DNA from: Epiperipatus broadwayi
Lineage: Eukaryota; Animalia; Onychophora
Direction of reading: 5' to 3'
Assembly: GCA_028023455.1 (NCBI GenBank)
Contig: JAQFVV010000001.1
Coordinates: 30,504,001 to 30,568,000 of the forward strand
DNA length: 64,000 nucleotides
The notes beneath the pieces are model-generated. The model saw only the letters and a program-made list of their open reading frames with translations. It did no database searches and was not told the DNA's origin. The number at the start of each line of letters is the position of its first letter. The stretch's first letter is position 1. The translations under genes were made by a program, and so were the position numbers. Of this stretch, positions 49,687-63,800 are shown in pieces.

Positions 49687-49853
49687 TGCTGCAGAAGGGA
49701 GTTTGCTATTAACTGAAAGGAGACCCTTTGATTCCTCTTGGAGGCCTTAAAGGAACCGAGCAGGGCAAATTCCTAATGTCCACTCCATACGTTCTTGTCG
49801 TTGCAGATGTTATTACTATGTGTTTATTCATATAGTATATGAACATGGATGGG
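49687..49853 (+). ncRNA. HDV-like ribozyme fold at the RTE 5' end, probably inactivated
   Basis: P1 CTGCA/TGCAG; hairpin-containing J1/2; P2 TCCA-C-TCCAT/ATGGA-TGGG; P3 ACG/CGT with L3 TTCTTGT; P4 TACTATGTG/CATATAGTA; J4/2 TGAAC. Folded by hand. Confidence 0.6.
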
Positions 49854-50012
49854 CTGCTCACCAACACGCATTAGCCAGTGTGGGTGAGTTTATTGGCTTT
49901 TTACCTCTGAGTTTAAGATCAAGAAACACCATGGTCTGTCTTCTCAATGCCTGATAGGGCAGAATGAATGTTTGTGTAAATGATAAATATTTTTCCAATA
50001 TATATATATACA

Positions 50013-52965
50013 ATTATGACAGACAAAAATAAAGCATGGCCCTTATTCCCAGGAGGCTGTAAAGTCACCAACCAAGGCAGCGGTTGGTGGCCGAAGGCGG
50101 AGGGTGCTAAGAATCCCCTGATTGCGGACCCAGGCTGCCATTTGATGACAACTTTTTATTTAGGTACTTACAACTGCAGATCATTTTCAAGTGAAGGAAG
50201 ATTGCCAGAATTAGAAGAAGAACTCTCTTATATTAAATGGGATATTATTGGACTTTGTGAAGTTAGAAGAAAAGGTGAAGAGACAATTGATTTAAAAAGT
50301 GGACATATATTCTATTATAAAGGCACAAATATTGGAAATACAAGTGGAGTAGGATTCATTATAAATAAAAAGTGGAAGAACAATATTGTGGAGATTGATG
50401 GTGTATCAGACAGAGTGGCAAGATTAGTTATACAACTTAATAGCAGATACCAAATGCAGATAATTCAGGTTTATGCCCCAACAAGTTCTCATAGTGATGA
50501 AGTAGTAGAAGATTTTTATATGGATGTACAAAAGGCTTTTGATCAGAGTAAACAACATTTTAAAATTGTTATGGGAGACTTTAATGCTAGAATTGGTAAA
50601 CAAATGAAAGATGAAAGTGCTGTAGGTAATTTTGGTTATGGTAATAGAAATGAGAGAGGACATAGACTTGTGGAGTTTGCAGAGAAAGAAAAACTTTATA
50701 TTATGAATTTTTTTTTTGAGAAAAATGCTAAAAGAAAATGGACATGGAAGCACCCAAATGAAGGTACAGCAAAATTGGATTATATTTTGACTAACAGGAA
50801 ATACATATTTCAAGATTGTAATGTTCTTAATAGATTTAACACACGAAGTGATCATCGATTAGTAAGATGCAAGATACGTGTTAATGTAAAACTAGAAAGA
50901 CAAAAATTGTTAAGAAAAACAATATTTACAGTTGATATTCCTAATCTTCAGAAACATTCTAATGAATTTAAATTAGAACTTACAAATCGGTTTCTAGTAT
51001 TAGTAGATTTTGAACATGATTCAGATTTGAATGAAATTAATATGAAAATAACTGATACACTTTTAAAAACTGCAAGAAAGATAGCTGGTAGAAAAAAGCA
51101 GCAATTGACCAATAAAATTTCTACTGAGACTAGAGAATTTATGAAGAAAAGAAGAAATATGAAGATATACAAAAATCATGCATTAAAAAGAATTGAATAT
51201 CTCAAATTTTGTAAAATGGTGCGGAAAAGAGTTGAAAATGATATAAGAAAGTATAACTGTGAACTAGCAAGAAAAGCTGTAGAAGAAAATAAAAGTCTTA
51301 AGAATGTAAAACAACATTTTGGTATTGGTAGGAAATTTATATCTGCAATAAGAAAAAAAGATGGAATTATTACTAAAAAAAGAGATGACATCATGAAATT
51401 GGTAGAAAATTTTTATCAAGAATTATATAGTAATAAAGAACAAGTACCTCCTATATCTATTACATCTTCCGAATTGCCCAGAATTTTAAATGAAGAAGTG
51501 AGAAATGCAATTAAATGTATGAAGAAAGGAAAGGCTCCAGGTAATGATGGAATTATAATTGATATATTAAAAGAAGCAGGTGAAGAAACAGAAAAAATTT
51601 TAGCAAAGTTATATACTAAATGTCTAAATGATAAAGATGTACCGGATGATTGGAAGAATGCAGTAATAATATTAATATTTAAAAAAGGTGATAAAGAAGA
51701 TATTAGAAATTACAGACCTATCAGCCTTTTATCAGTTTTATATAAAATTTTTACCAAGATAATTACAACTCGTCTACAGAGAACATTGGATTTCCACCAA
51801 CCAAGAGAACAAGCTGGATTTAAAAGTGGTTTTAGTACAGTAGATCATATTCAGGTATTGAGAGAAGTTATAGAAAGGACAAATGAATATGAATTGTCAT
51901 TATGTTTTGGATTTGTAGATTATGAAAAGGCATTTGATTCTATAAACATTTCTTCAGTGATTAAAGCATTGGATCATCAAGGTATAGATCCAGGATATTG
52001 TCATATTTTAAAGAATATTTATAAAAATGCAACAGCAACAATTAGATTACATAATGATACTGGGAAAGTCAACATTGAGAAAGGTGTAAGACAAGGTGAC
52101 TCCATATCTCCAAAACTTTTTACAGCAGTGCTGCAAGAAGTATTTTGTGGATTAAAATGGGAAACTAAAGGAGTGAAAGTAAATGGAGATTATTTAAGTC
52201 ATTTAGATTTCGCAGATGATCTAGTTGTTTTTGCAAATAATGCTTCAGAGCTGCAGGAAATGTTGCAGGAGTTATCAGATGAAAGTAGGAATAAAGATAA
52301 ATGTTAAAAAGACTAAAGTAATGTTTAATCGATTTGCTCAAAATATGAAAATAAAGATTGATTATGATGAATTAGAAGAAGTTAACAGTTACAAATACCT
52401 TGGTCAGATTATTAATACAGATGGAAACATAATGGAGGAAATTAATCATAGAATTAAACTTGGTTGGAGTGCTTTTGGTAGAAATAACTTGATACTAAAA
52501 GGAAATATGCCTATGTGTTTGAAAAGGAAGGTTTTTAACAAATGTGTTTTACCAGTTCTTACTTATGGATCTGAGACTTGGACACTCAATAGAAGAGCAA
52601 TACAGAGACTTCAGACCACTCAAAGAAGTATGGAGAGATGTATGTTGGGAGTAACAAGAAGAGATCGAAAACGCAATGTATGGGTAAGAGAACAAACAGG
52701 TGTTACTGACCTCATTGAAAAAATTAAAAGGTTGAAGTGGAGTTGGGCTGGACATATTGCTAGAAGAGATGATAATAGATGGACAATTGAAATTTTAAAC
52801 TGGATTCCAAGAGATTGTAAAAGACCCAGAAAGAGACCACGTGTGAGATGGATGGATGAAATAAGAAAGTGTGCAGGGGTGATGTGGAGAAGAGAAGCTA
52901 AAGATCGAAGAAGATGGATTAAACTTGGAGAGACCTTCATCCTGCAGTGGATTGATAATGGTTGA
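50013..52965 (+). CDS. RTE APE endonuclease + reverse transcriptase, one frameshift near 52285
   Basis: APE motifs [42 protein letters not shown] motifs [48 protein letters not shown] 49980-52307 continues in another frame as ORF 52225-52965. Start codon uncertain. Confidence 0.9.
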
Positions 52966-55900
52966 TAATGATGATAATGACTGCAAAAAAATATTAAGAA
53001 AAGAAAGATTTTTAATACTTTTGAAAAATGTTTATTTTTACATTGGTTCACAAATTCTAAATTTTGAAAGTTAAATATTAAAATGACATTTTCATAAACA
53101 GCTTTATCACATCTGTCACTAAATGCTGAAAATATATATATAACATCACTTACCTGAGATAATTTTTCATAGCAGAAATATTGAAACTGGATGAATTCGT
53201 GTGTAGCTTTTTTATTTTCATAACAGCAAGAATGGTGCATGAGAATGAAATGATAAAATAAAATCAATAAACAAAAATAAATTTATATGAGCAATAAGTA
53301 TATGTGTAGGAGATGATGATCTTGACAAAATGATGAGTGCTGTTTTAGTATAAAATATGTGGTTTTGGAATCATTTATCATTTTTATATGTGTATGTATA
53401 TATGTGTATCAGTTATATGAGATAGTGTGAATGGATTGAGGGAACTTGAAAATACCTTGTATTACATTTATCTCTAATTATCTTGACTTTATCAATTCTA
53501 TCAATGCTTAAAAATGTATTCTATAAAATTAAAATTTATTATAAAAAAAAAAAACTATACTCACAGTTGATATGAAAATGTATACCGTATTGTACCAGTC
53601 GAAAAAACACCATCTAAACTGCAAGTCGGATCCAAACTCAGCTGAACCGAACTGAATTCAAACCCGACTCACCAGCTCAGATTAGTAGAAATCTAAATTG
53701 ACGGCACAGTGCTATGCACCAAGAAACTAGCTCAACGGTTGGTGAGGATTAGAGACCCTTGAACTGACACTAATATCGGATAATAAATTAACTAAGATAA
53801 TTTTAAATCGAATTATATGTATATGTTCGGGTTGCTAACACAGACATTTAAAATAATTATTGAATAAAAGAAATAAGAACTAAGAAACCAAGTGTGTTTA
53901 GAAAATATTTAATAATAATAGTTTGTTTTGTTTGAATTTTAAATAATGATTATATTAATCACCTCTAGCCTTTAACAAAGTTTATAATAATAATAATAAG
54001 AGTGGCGGTCCTTATACTATGTCAACAAGTATTATGCAATATTTGAAAGTCTATCTATGCCCCCCAACAAGAAAATAAAGGTATTCATTTGTAAAGGACA
54101 TTTTAACTCTGATTTTATATGAAAGAATGTGAGATTTATTTTCACGTTCGCAAATCCATTCATGAAGAGCAAGATACGTATTTAGGGCATAACTTTAATC
54201 TTTATTGGAAAACTTATTTACTTGGATAATATAACTGAGAATTTGTTCGACTTTAATTGAAATCACTTCATCACGAATTACGAGCATCTGAGCGGGCTTT
54301 ACTGGAACAGAGAGGCAACAGTGCTGACAAATTATGAGCTATAAAATGAAATTGAAAGACGATAGCTGGTCGATAATCTAAGTCCTATGGTGGCTTGCAT
54401 TTCACAAGTCTTACTGCCCTTTGACTAATATGAACAGGAGAGGAAGTGCTTTCTTCCTCGATAATTTAAAATAACAGAAATATTATCACTGACCAGCCTG
54501 CAAAACGAACGATAGCCCTACACCAGAAACGTTGAAGATGATGACTTGATAGTCACCTTTTGAAAAATAAAACCCAATTATAGAATGGTCTACGTGATGA
54601 CTTGATAAAATTAATTAAAGTCAAACGAGCTTTTAACTAACATTATTTTAAAGCATTTGTAAATCATATTAATTATGCCCCAATCATCGTGCCCTTCCTG
54701 AATCTTAATAGAAAATAACAAAGTTGAATCAGAATATATTTATTTGATTCCTTTATCGGCCCTTTGCAAAAAACATTTTAAGATTATATATGAATAAATA
54801 AATATTAGTGAAACGAGAAAATAGCGGTGGCATAAATTAGAAATGGAGTTAATAATTTATTATTAGCCAATGATAAAAATAACAATCATTTAATAATTTC
54901 TTTTGACTCGATGACTGATCGAACTGTATAAATCTAGTTCTAATGTATGAGAATTAATTATCAGAATTAATCTTATATTACTTGTATAAGGCAAAGGAAA
55001 TGAAGGAGATCATTGAGTCGAAGGATTATTGGCATATAATTAAAAATAACAACATTAATAAACTTACTCAATAAATATACATAATAAAATAAATGAACCG
55101 CCATCGTGAGAAAGGAAAGTTAAATTTAAAAACTAGAAGTTGAGAGAATTACAATATAATTTTAAAATAGCATAAATAAAAGCAAGTTTACACATAGATG
55201 ATTACATCTATAAATGAGAAGAGCTCTTAAAGGGATTGTAAAGTAAAGTTCGGAACTGGCCAGAAACTTTAAGGTTCATTATGGAAATATATTACCCATT
55301 TCTTCCGGGGCTGGGCTCCTTAGTTTACACATCCAGGTTGGTAAAACATAGGCATCCATTCGATCGATTACTTGAACAGTATTTTAATGAATTTTCACAA
55401 TTTTAGCAGCATGATTGGTCCAGAAAAGATTCAGCAGCTCCATTGAAGATTTTTAGAGGACTTCAGTAACCGTAGCCAGATTCCTGACGTTTTAGCCCTT
55501 CACCATGATCGAAACACTATTTGAATTCATGATTTAAAAGCACAGAATTTACTGGCACTTTTCTGCAACAAAGATGGCTTCTCCTCTCCAAACTTTTCAG
55601 AGCTATATATACTGTCCTCTGATGCCTTCAGGCTAGTGCTTCTTTCATTATCAATGTTTTTAGATACATTCCCTTGATAAGGCTTTCAAACTCATTAACT
55701 TGAATTCATTTTCTAATTAGAAAATGAATTTTTAAAATCAGAAAAATGATTTTAATCAGGAAATCCTTACATTTTAAATACTTATCTTTTTTTCTAATTA
55801 ATAAAACTTTACCTATTGCTTTTGGAAAGGGAAAATCTGAACACTTATCGAAAGAATGTAGCTTTTAATCAATAAAACTAACAAATTATTTAAAAATAAA

Positions 55901-56879
55901 ATCAAACATTCCCGACACAATGAAACTTTCGAACAATTATATATATTTAAATATTTACAAATATATATGCACAATCCACGCAGTTATAATACATATAAAT
56001 TCATGAATAATTCTATCATGAATTTATTAATAGAATTTATCAATTTAAAACTTAAACGAATTAATTTTAACACACATTTATGAAATAAGTTTTTCTTTAT
56101 GGAAATTAGCGTGGATTGAACGTATAAAGCCCCATTGCATCAGAAATTTAGGGTTAGTACTAGGGTTTGAAGTGGGCTTATGGTTAGATGTCATGAAGCT
56201 AGGATCGAAATTCAGTATGTTGACATTGAAATAAGCGGTAAATGAATTCATTTCTGCTGTAGAAAGTTCGTTGAGAAACTAAATCTAAGAAAATGAGAAA
56301 AATAAAGTAATTGAAAATTGCATTTTTCAAAAAAAAAAATTATAAAAAATTGAAATTTTATTGTAGCAAAAAAATATGTACTTTTTATTTTTCTTGTAAA
56401 ATGGTGGACAGAAAGAAATAATGCTCATGGATTTGAGATTAATTGATACTGCGCAAACTCAGTATTTACAGAAAACTTACACTGATGGGTTGGAGGCTAA
56501 GGCTGGGATGAAAGAGTTGTAAAGAAACTAAGAGAAAAACAAAAAAATTCAATTTAGTTGATCACAGAAATTATCACAAATTTTTTATTTTTCATCATAG
56601 AAAAATAAACTTACCTTTATGTAAAATAGAAAGACTGATGGTGTAAAAAGCGCATGTGTAGACTGCGTAAATTTCCATTAATCTTAAGCAAAAACCAGAT
56701 GTTTATAATTTGAAATTTCTTGCACGCTTTAAGTGTGTGTAATAACTAACAAGTTAACATACATTTATTGCTAAAATAAACATTAATATTCATCATCATT
56801 AATGCTCTGATCCATCTTGTATTTTGAGTGTACTGGTCATCCATAAATTAGGTTTAATGTTAAAATCTATACTATGATG

Positions 56880-57270
56880 CAGGGGTCCCCAAACCTATGC
56901 CCATGGGCACCATGGCGCCCGCAGACCATTTTAAGTGTGCCCGCCACTATCCGAACACAAAAAATTATTTATCCGATACAAATTTAATTTTTAAATTTTT
57001 TTATAAATTATTGTATTATATTGTAATCAAATTGTAGGGCATACTATATTTTTACAGTGTAAAAATATTAACGTTAATTATATGTTAAAATTTTATTTTT
57101 GAAATAAATATTTTTTTATACATTATGTGTATTATTAACAATATACAACTATAAATTTACATTGAAAAAGTAAATGGTGCTCGCCACCTCATTGAAAAAA
57201 TAAATGGTGCCCGTCACCAGGCCAGTATTATAGAATGTGCTTTTAAGTGCAAAAAGGTTGGGGACCCCTG
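56880..57270. mobile_element. hAT-family MITE, copy 2
   Basis: TIRs CAGGGGTCCCCAAACCT ... AGGTTGGGGACCCCTG; TSD CTATGATG / CTATAATG (7/8). Confidence 0.92.
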
Positions 57271-57758
57271 CTATAATGTGAACTTTAAAGGTGTCTTATG
57301 ACCAATGCCAAGCCAATAATTCTACAGAGAATCATCTGGATGTCCATAGAGACTCACATATATTTTGCAAATACTTTTATTGTCTGAACTAGCTTTGGCA
57401 TCACAAGAACCTTAAGGACTATAAACAAGAGAAAATATACATGCTTCATTCATTCTATCATTAAAAAATTTCATTGTGATAACCTATAAATATCTTAAAG
57501 CACAACTCTCTTGCGAACTCGGTCATATATACTGGTAATTGGCAACATATAGATAGAAGAATAAAGACAAAAAAGAATTTCAAAATTTTATTTTTTTTAT
57601 AATTATTTAATAAAGTTAGTGAATAATAAAAGAATAAAAAATTTAAAGACTGATAATGTGACAAACCCTAAGTTTTACACATAATTCCATACCACACATA
57701 TGATTTTATATAACGCATGATTATTATTTTTTCTGGTTTTCTTAAATAACTCCTTTAA

Positions 57759-58505
57759 CCCTTTTCCCGCGTCCGACGAGGCTCCTCGTCGACATCTGAA
57801 ATCACTCTAACTCAGTTCGTTTTCATACGAAAATTTTCGTTAAATACGTATTGAATTCGTTTTTAAAAGTTCTGTACGATGGTGACATCTTCCGATTTAT
57901 TTTAGAAGTAAAAAATAGAAAAAAAACGCATTTAAACCTAAACAAAGAAGGAACATTATTTGTGATTGGTTCTTAGCATGCTCTCAGCCGAAAAAGGCAT
58001 TCTGATTGGCTGGAAAGAACAAAGAAACTGCCTGATCAAAGAAAATAAAGAAAAACGCTGAGATTTTCATTTCGAATACGATTTAAATTATTATTAAATA
58101 ATATTTATGGAAATTAAACATAATTTTCAGAGAGAATAATAAAAAAACAAAATTATTTTCGAAAAATATTGAAGATTTTAGTCCAAATATTGAAGTTGTA
58201 GTAAAAAGAAATATTTACTTTTCTATAACATAAAAGTCGATCTTTTTGTTTACATTATAACTTTTATGTTGCCGATGTTGAATATTTTAGAATAAATAAA
58301 TAGCAATTTATTTTTGAAAGAACTTTCGTTTTTTTCATGACCTGAAAAATTAATTATATACTTTTTATAAATGTATCTGAGTTGAATTTAATATTATAGG
58401 CGAATATGTTTTAACAATAGGCTTTGTCTTCAGTTTGTGAGTTGGCCAATTAAAAGATTTGATTTTTATCTGATACAACCAATGATAAAATTAGCGGTTT
58501 AAGGG
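57759..58505. mobile_element. piggyBac-type non-autonomous element
   Basis: TTAA at 57755-57758 and 58506-58509; ends CCCTTTTCCCGC ... GCGGTTTAAGGG (9/12 inverted match); CpG-rich interior; no transposase ORF. Confidence 0.75.
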
Positions 58506-60686
58506 TTAATCCTTTAATGTAAATGAGTTATTTCCTTACAATAATCAAACCCAAAAAAAAAAATATTTCACACTAAAGAAAAAAATAATAATTTAAATCT
58601 TCTTCCTTTTTTTCTTTGAAAATGAGGATGTCCCCTGTACCATTTTAATCTAATGGGAAAATCATCTTTTCAACAAAAACAAAAAAATATTCAATATTTT
58701 TACTTATTACTTTCCCTATAAAAAAAAATATGTAAATGTATGCTCATCAACAGTACCGTATATTACCGTGGATGTTTTTTATTTAGTCCTCTCGTAAATC
58801 TTGCAGGTAGAAGTTTAGTCAGTCTTTTGATTGCAGTATTTTTCACAATTTTTTCAATAGTTATTTTCATTTAGCTTTTTCTCTTTTCCTTTTGTAATCC
58901 CAGATTACCAGCTTGACAACTATTTCATAGTATCTTTTTCTTGTCTTCTCTTTGTAGCTTCTTGTTTCCAGATTAATAATTATTTTCATTTCATTATTTT
59001 TCCATTTAACTTTTTTTTTCCTTTGTAGCTCCAGGTTTTCAGTTTAATAATTATTTACATTTCAGATTAACATAAATTGAGACAGTCATGGTTTTGGATA
59101 GACCAATATATAAGGCTAGTTGAAAGTTTTTGTCAGGGATATTTTCCCTCTACATTCTTTTTAGTGATATTGATTGTATAGTTATTTGGGTTGGTAATGA
59201 TATGCTTTTAGCAAGAGTCTAGCCCACGATTCTTGTAAACTTTATACTACTATACATATTAGCAAAAATTATTTTTTTAATAACAGATCAATTTGGTAGC
59301 AGATTTCCAAACTGAGTTTCTGACTGCTGAACTCCCAATTATTGAACTGTTAGTAAATGCATTGCCCACATTATATTTCATTTTTTTTTAAAAAAACAAC
59401 ACTTTTCAATCTTTCATCCAATCACATGACCTTAGAATTTAGTGCATTTTACAAGAAAGAACTTTTTTAAAAAAAAAATTATACCCAATTTATCCCAATT
59501 CCTTGTTTTGTTGGATTTCTTTTGTAATTTTTGAAGAACAAAACCTTCTATTTATGCATTAATTGAAAAATAACTTAATTTCTTCAGAGATAAAAAAAAT
59601 TGTAATCTCTTCTGGTTGTTTTATATTTAATTACTTGAAAAACAAAACATTTTATTTATACATTAATTGGAAAATAACTTGTATTTCTTCAGAAATAAAA
59701 TATCTTAATTTCTTCTGCTTTCAGAAATAAATATATATAAAAATGAACTACACAAGAAGAAAGGGATATTCTTTTTTTTTTTTTCACAGTTATTACTAAT
59801 AAAAATTAAACATTATTAAAATGTTTTAAATTTGTTACATGATCACTTCATGTATATTAATCTTTTACTAACTTTAACCTAATTAAATTCCGAATTAACA
59901 ACTAAGTTATCCTGAAGCTGTTATTATCCTGCTTATATTATCTCCTCTAAGAAAGCACTTGCCATAATAATAATGTTAATTAGTAGCTATTATTCCCTTA
60001 AACTGTAATAAATAAAATAAATATAATACTTTTATTGTTGGTCTGGGAATTTTGGAATAGCATAATCTGTACTTGTTGCATTTTTTTCTCAATGTTTTTT
60101 TTTCTCTATAACTTAAAATGCTCTAAACCATTTATCCAGATTAAGTCTGTAGTCTTGTTCAAGTATTTTTCCAGTATAGTAATAGTCCTAGTATCTTTTA
60201 AAGACAAGTTTGTTGTTTCAATTTTTTTTTTTTTTGATAGCCTTCAGATGTATTAAATTTTTATGTATATTTTTTTCTACAATTTGTTACAAATTGTTAA
60301 AATCCAAATATAAATTTTTACTAAACAGTTCATAAATTTAATAGCATTTTTTTTGCATAGTTTTTACTATGCAGTATTTTATGAAGCCATTTTGTATAAG
60401 TATGAAAATCCAAGACATATATATATATATAAATTACTTTTACAAAGCTTACAATTTATTTTATATAAGTGAAATTTTTACACAAATTATTTTATTTAAT
60501 TTTTATTAATACTGAATAGTGTGTTTCTATAACTATGTATAATATGTGTATATGAACATGTATGCATTACAAAGTTAGTATTTCATATAAAATAAATTTT
60601 TATTGGATTTTTTTTTTTTTTTTGCATCACATAATATTTATATATTTTTTCCAAATGTTATATATATGTATGTATGTATTTTTTAG

Positions 60687-60843
60687 GCAATTACTTTTAT
60701 GCAGAGTTACATTAGGCAAGTCTTTCCTACAATTTAGTGCAATGAAAATGGCCCATGCTCCTCCTGGTCATCATTCTGTCATTGGACGACCTGGTGTTGG
60801 TGGTCTATCTTTTCCTGAATATGTAGTTTATCGGGGAGAACAA
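60687..60843 (+). CDS. TNKS: Internal coding exon of tankyrase (PARP catalytic domain, C-terminal part)
   Basis: Translates to (R)[52 protein letters not shown], close to the remembered tankyrase PARP domain. Acceptor TTTTAG at 60681-60686, donor CAA|GTAAGA at 60844, 157 bp, no stops. Neighbouring exons not found in the window. Confidence 0.95.
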
Positions 60844-63800
60844 GTAAGATATATATTATTTATAAAATCCATTACATATTTTATAACTTGTAGTTAAATT
60901 ACATAAATTTTATAAGTAAGAATTTATTTATTTTTTCTATCATCACTTGAATGTGTGTGCTTATATAAGTTTGTATGGATAAAATGTCAAAAAAAGTATT
61001 ACCGGTTTTATTTATTCAAATAGACAAGATTTTTAGTTGCATTTTATATCAATTTATTCTTAAAATTTTATTTTATATGCAAAATTAAAACATCTTATTA
61101 TTGCCCAAAAAATGAAATATTCAAAAGATTATGAATTTGTTAATGCTGATTTTTCATCATTCTTAATGCACTATATATATGTGTGTGTATTTAATAATTA
61201 ATAAGTTTATTGTAGAAAGAAATATACATATGAAAGGTTTCATGATATAATTAATGGATAACACATCCACTCTCCTTATACTCTTAATCTGGAATTTGAA
61301 ACTGGGGAATTTTTTTTTTTTTTGAGATTGCTGCATATGCAGGAGGTAAATGCATATCAACAGATACACAGCTAAATATAGAAACAAAATAAAAACAAAT
61401 GTGGGTTTATTAAACTCATAATACATATATATTGAAACAGATTCTTCACTATATTTCAAATGTGCAATAGGTGGTGGCAGCTTCCACTAAAATCCTACTG
61501 TTAATTTTTTTTTTTTAATTTAATTTAAATTTATTAAATGTGCCTACAATCGTATGTTTATAAACAACACACACATTTATCGGTAAAATAATTGTCATAT
61601 TACAAATAATGTAAACTTTATTTTTTTAAGAAAAGGAAAATTTGCACATAAATTCTTTTATGTATAAGATTATTTTAAACTTTGTAGAACAATACTTAAC
61701 CTCAAAAAATGTTTTAATACATCATGACAACAAAATTTAAAAGTTGAGCATTGTTCAGATAAGGCATGTGATGGACTAATTAGTACGGAATGTAAATTGT
61801 TTTATTTTAAGTGATTAAAAATCTGACTTATTAAAATCTAGCTATTTTAAGATGTTAATCTAGAAAATTCTAGAAAAATTTGTGTGGGAGAACAATGGAC
61901 CAAATGCGTATAAAAACTCCCCAAAAATCTATTGTTAGATTCATTCATTGATTCATTCTTCTTTTCCACATTACATATTGATTCATTCTTCTTTGCTAAA
62001 CTAGTCAAGTTTGTATTCCAGATACTTGGACTCTTCGTTCTGCATGACAAGCCATACTTCTTGCCAGTTATTTTGTCAAAATTATTGATGCTCCAACAAC
62101 AGTTTGTGACAAGCGGCTTGCAGTTAGAAAATGAGCCTACCAATTATTCCTAATGGTGTTTTTATGAATATGTGCAGCTAGGCACTTACCAAAGGCAAAT
62201 TTCATGCTCTAGATCTATCTTCAGTCTCCAACATGACTTAAATTTACAAATCTGTAGAAAGTTGACCTGAACAGCCATCCTACATTGAAGTCTTAACTAA
62301 CAGACAGCCTAAGACCCAATGACAAAATGGATAAAAGTGGCTACTTTTTCACAGAATTTGTGGAAAGCAAGAGTGACATAGTAGCTGTAATATAAACTTT
62401 TGTATACCTTAAAATAAACCAAGTGTTGTTTGATGTATTTTCCTTACATATATGCGCATTACTTTTTGTTAACCATAATATTAGATTTAAATATATTTTT
62501 CTTTTTTTTTTATGCATCTTTTAATTTATATATATGAATGATTTATTGTTTCTTTTAGAGTAAGCCTTAATTTAGAATTTATTATGTTAAAAAAATTAAC
62601 TACAGAAGAATTCTTTTCTTTCATTTGGATTTTGATAGTTTTAAATAAAGTTTTAATTTCAGAGTAAGTATTATTATTGTATAATAATTTGATTCCACTC
62701 CCTTCCCCTTTTTGAATATTTAAAACCTAAGTAGTTTTTTTTTTTTTTTTTAGTATATTCATTTTAACCTTTGAACAATAATTAGAAAACAATAAATTTC
62801 TTAAGATGAAATTTAATCAGTCAGTAAAATCTTTTAAAGATTTGTAATAAGGTTTTGAATTAACTTTTTTTTTTAAATAGTATTAATCAATTAAGTTTAT
62901 ATGTATGATTTGATTTAGATTTGTTAAAACATCTTAAAGCTTGTGTATAACATGCTTTATAAAAGTATTCATCTACTTTTACTGGTGTTAGCTAAATATT
63001 TACCCAATCAATATTATTATTGTATTTCCTCTGGTTGTCAGAATTGTCTACTGCCTTCATTGTAGTCTATTTATTCTGGCGTGACCTGGCTTTGATATAG
63101 TTAGCATGCCCACTTTATTTGATATTACGCTATGTAATCGTGAATTTTTCATAGCCTCTGACTGTGATGTTTCAGTCAAGCTCATATTCCTTTAAACCGA
63201 GGCTAGCAATCATTGAATTGTTTATTCACTTGTTTTTGCATGGTAAATTTAGAAAGAGCTTACCTGGCCTCATATATTGAATAGCCCTTCTTATTTTACA
63301 TATAATCATTATGTATATTATATTGCCACACATATGTGTCTTTATTGTCAGTGCATATATAAATAAGCATCCAGTGAGATGAATTGAATATTTTATTTCT
63401 TATTAAAAGTCATTCACATATAGATTATATATCATATTTTATAAAATCGTTGTTAAAAGATTATTTTAATCTTATTGAAGTAATTGAATTGGGGAATCAA
63501 TTTAACTATCAAAGCTGTTAATAATAATAAAATGCTCTCTTAAAACATCCATAGATGCAATATTAATCAAGTCTATGATTTCTTTATTTTCTTTTAAGTG
63601 TAATAATTATTATTATATTTATTAAATTAATTTGGCTGACATTTGTTTGCTATTGTCTATCTATCAATTGTTTAATAGCTATGAGTCTCGTATTCTAAGT
63701 CGAGCTAGTGTCAGGAGCAAAAATTTGTTTTCTCTTAAGTCTGCTCATCATCATTAATGAATATTCGGTCACCTTAAATAAATTTTCGAGGCTCATTAAT

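Larger units (their letters stand above)
49687..52979 (+). mobile_element. Full-length RTE-clade LINE
   Basis: 3293 bp between the 10-bp TSD ACTGCAAAAA (49677-49686, 52980-52989); single APE+RT ORF; (GATAAT)-type 3' tail. Confidence 0.95.

Noticed and set aside
61847-62153. Two overlapping ORFs of 98 aa and 73 aa near the window end
   Set aside because: No recognisable motif or splice context; the expected next tankyrase exon (AYPEY...) is not there.
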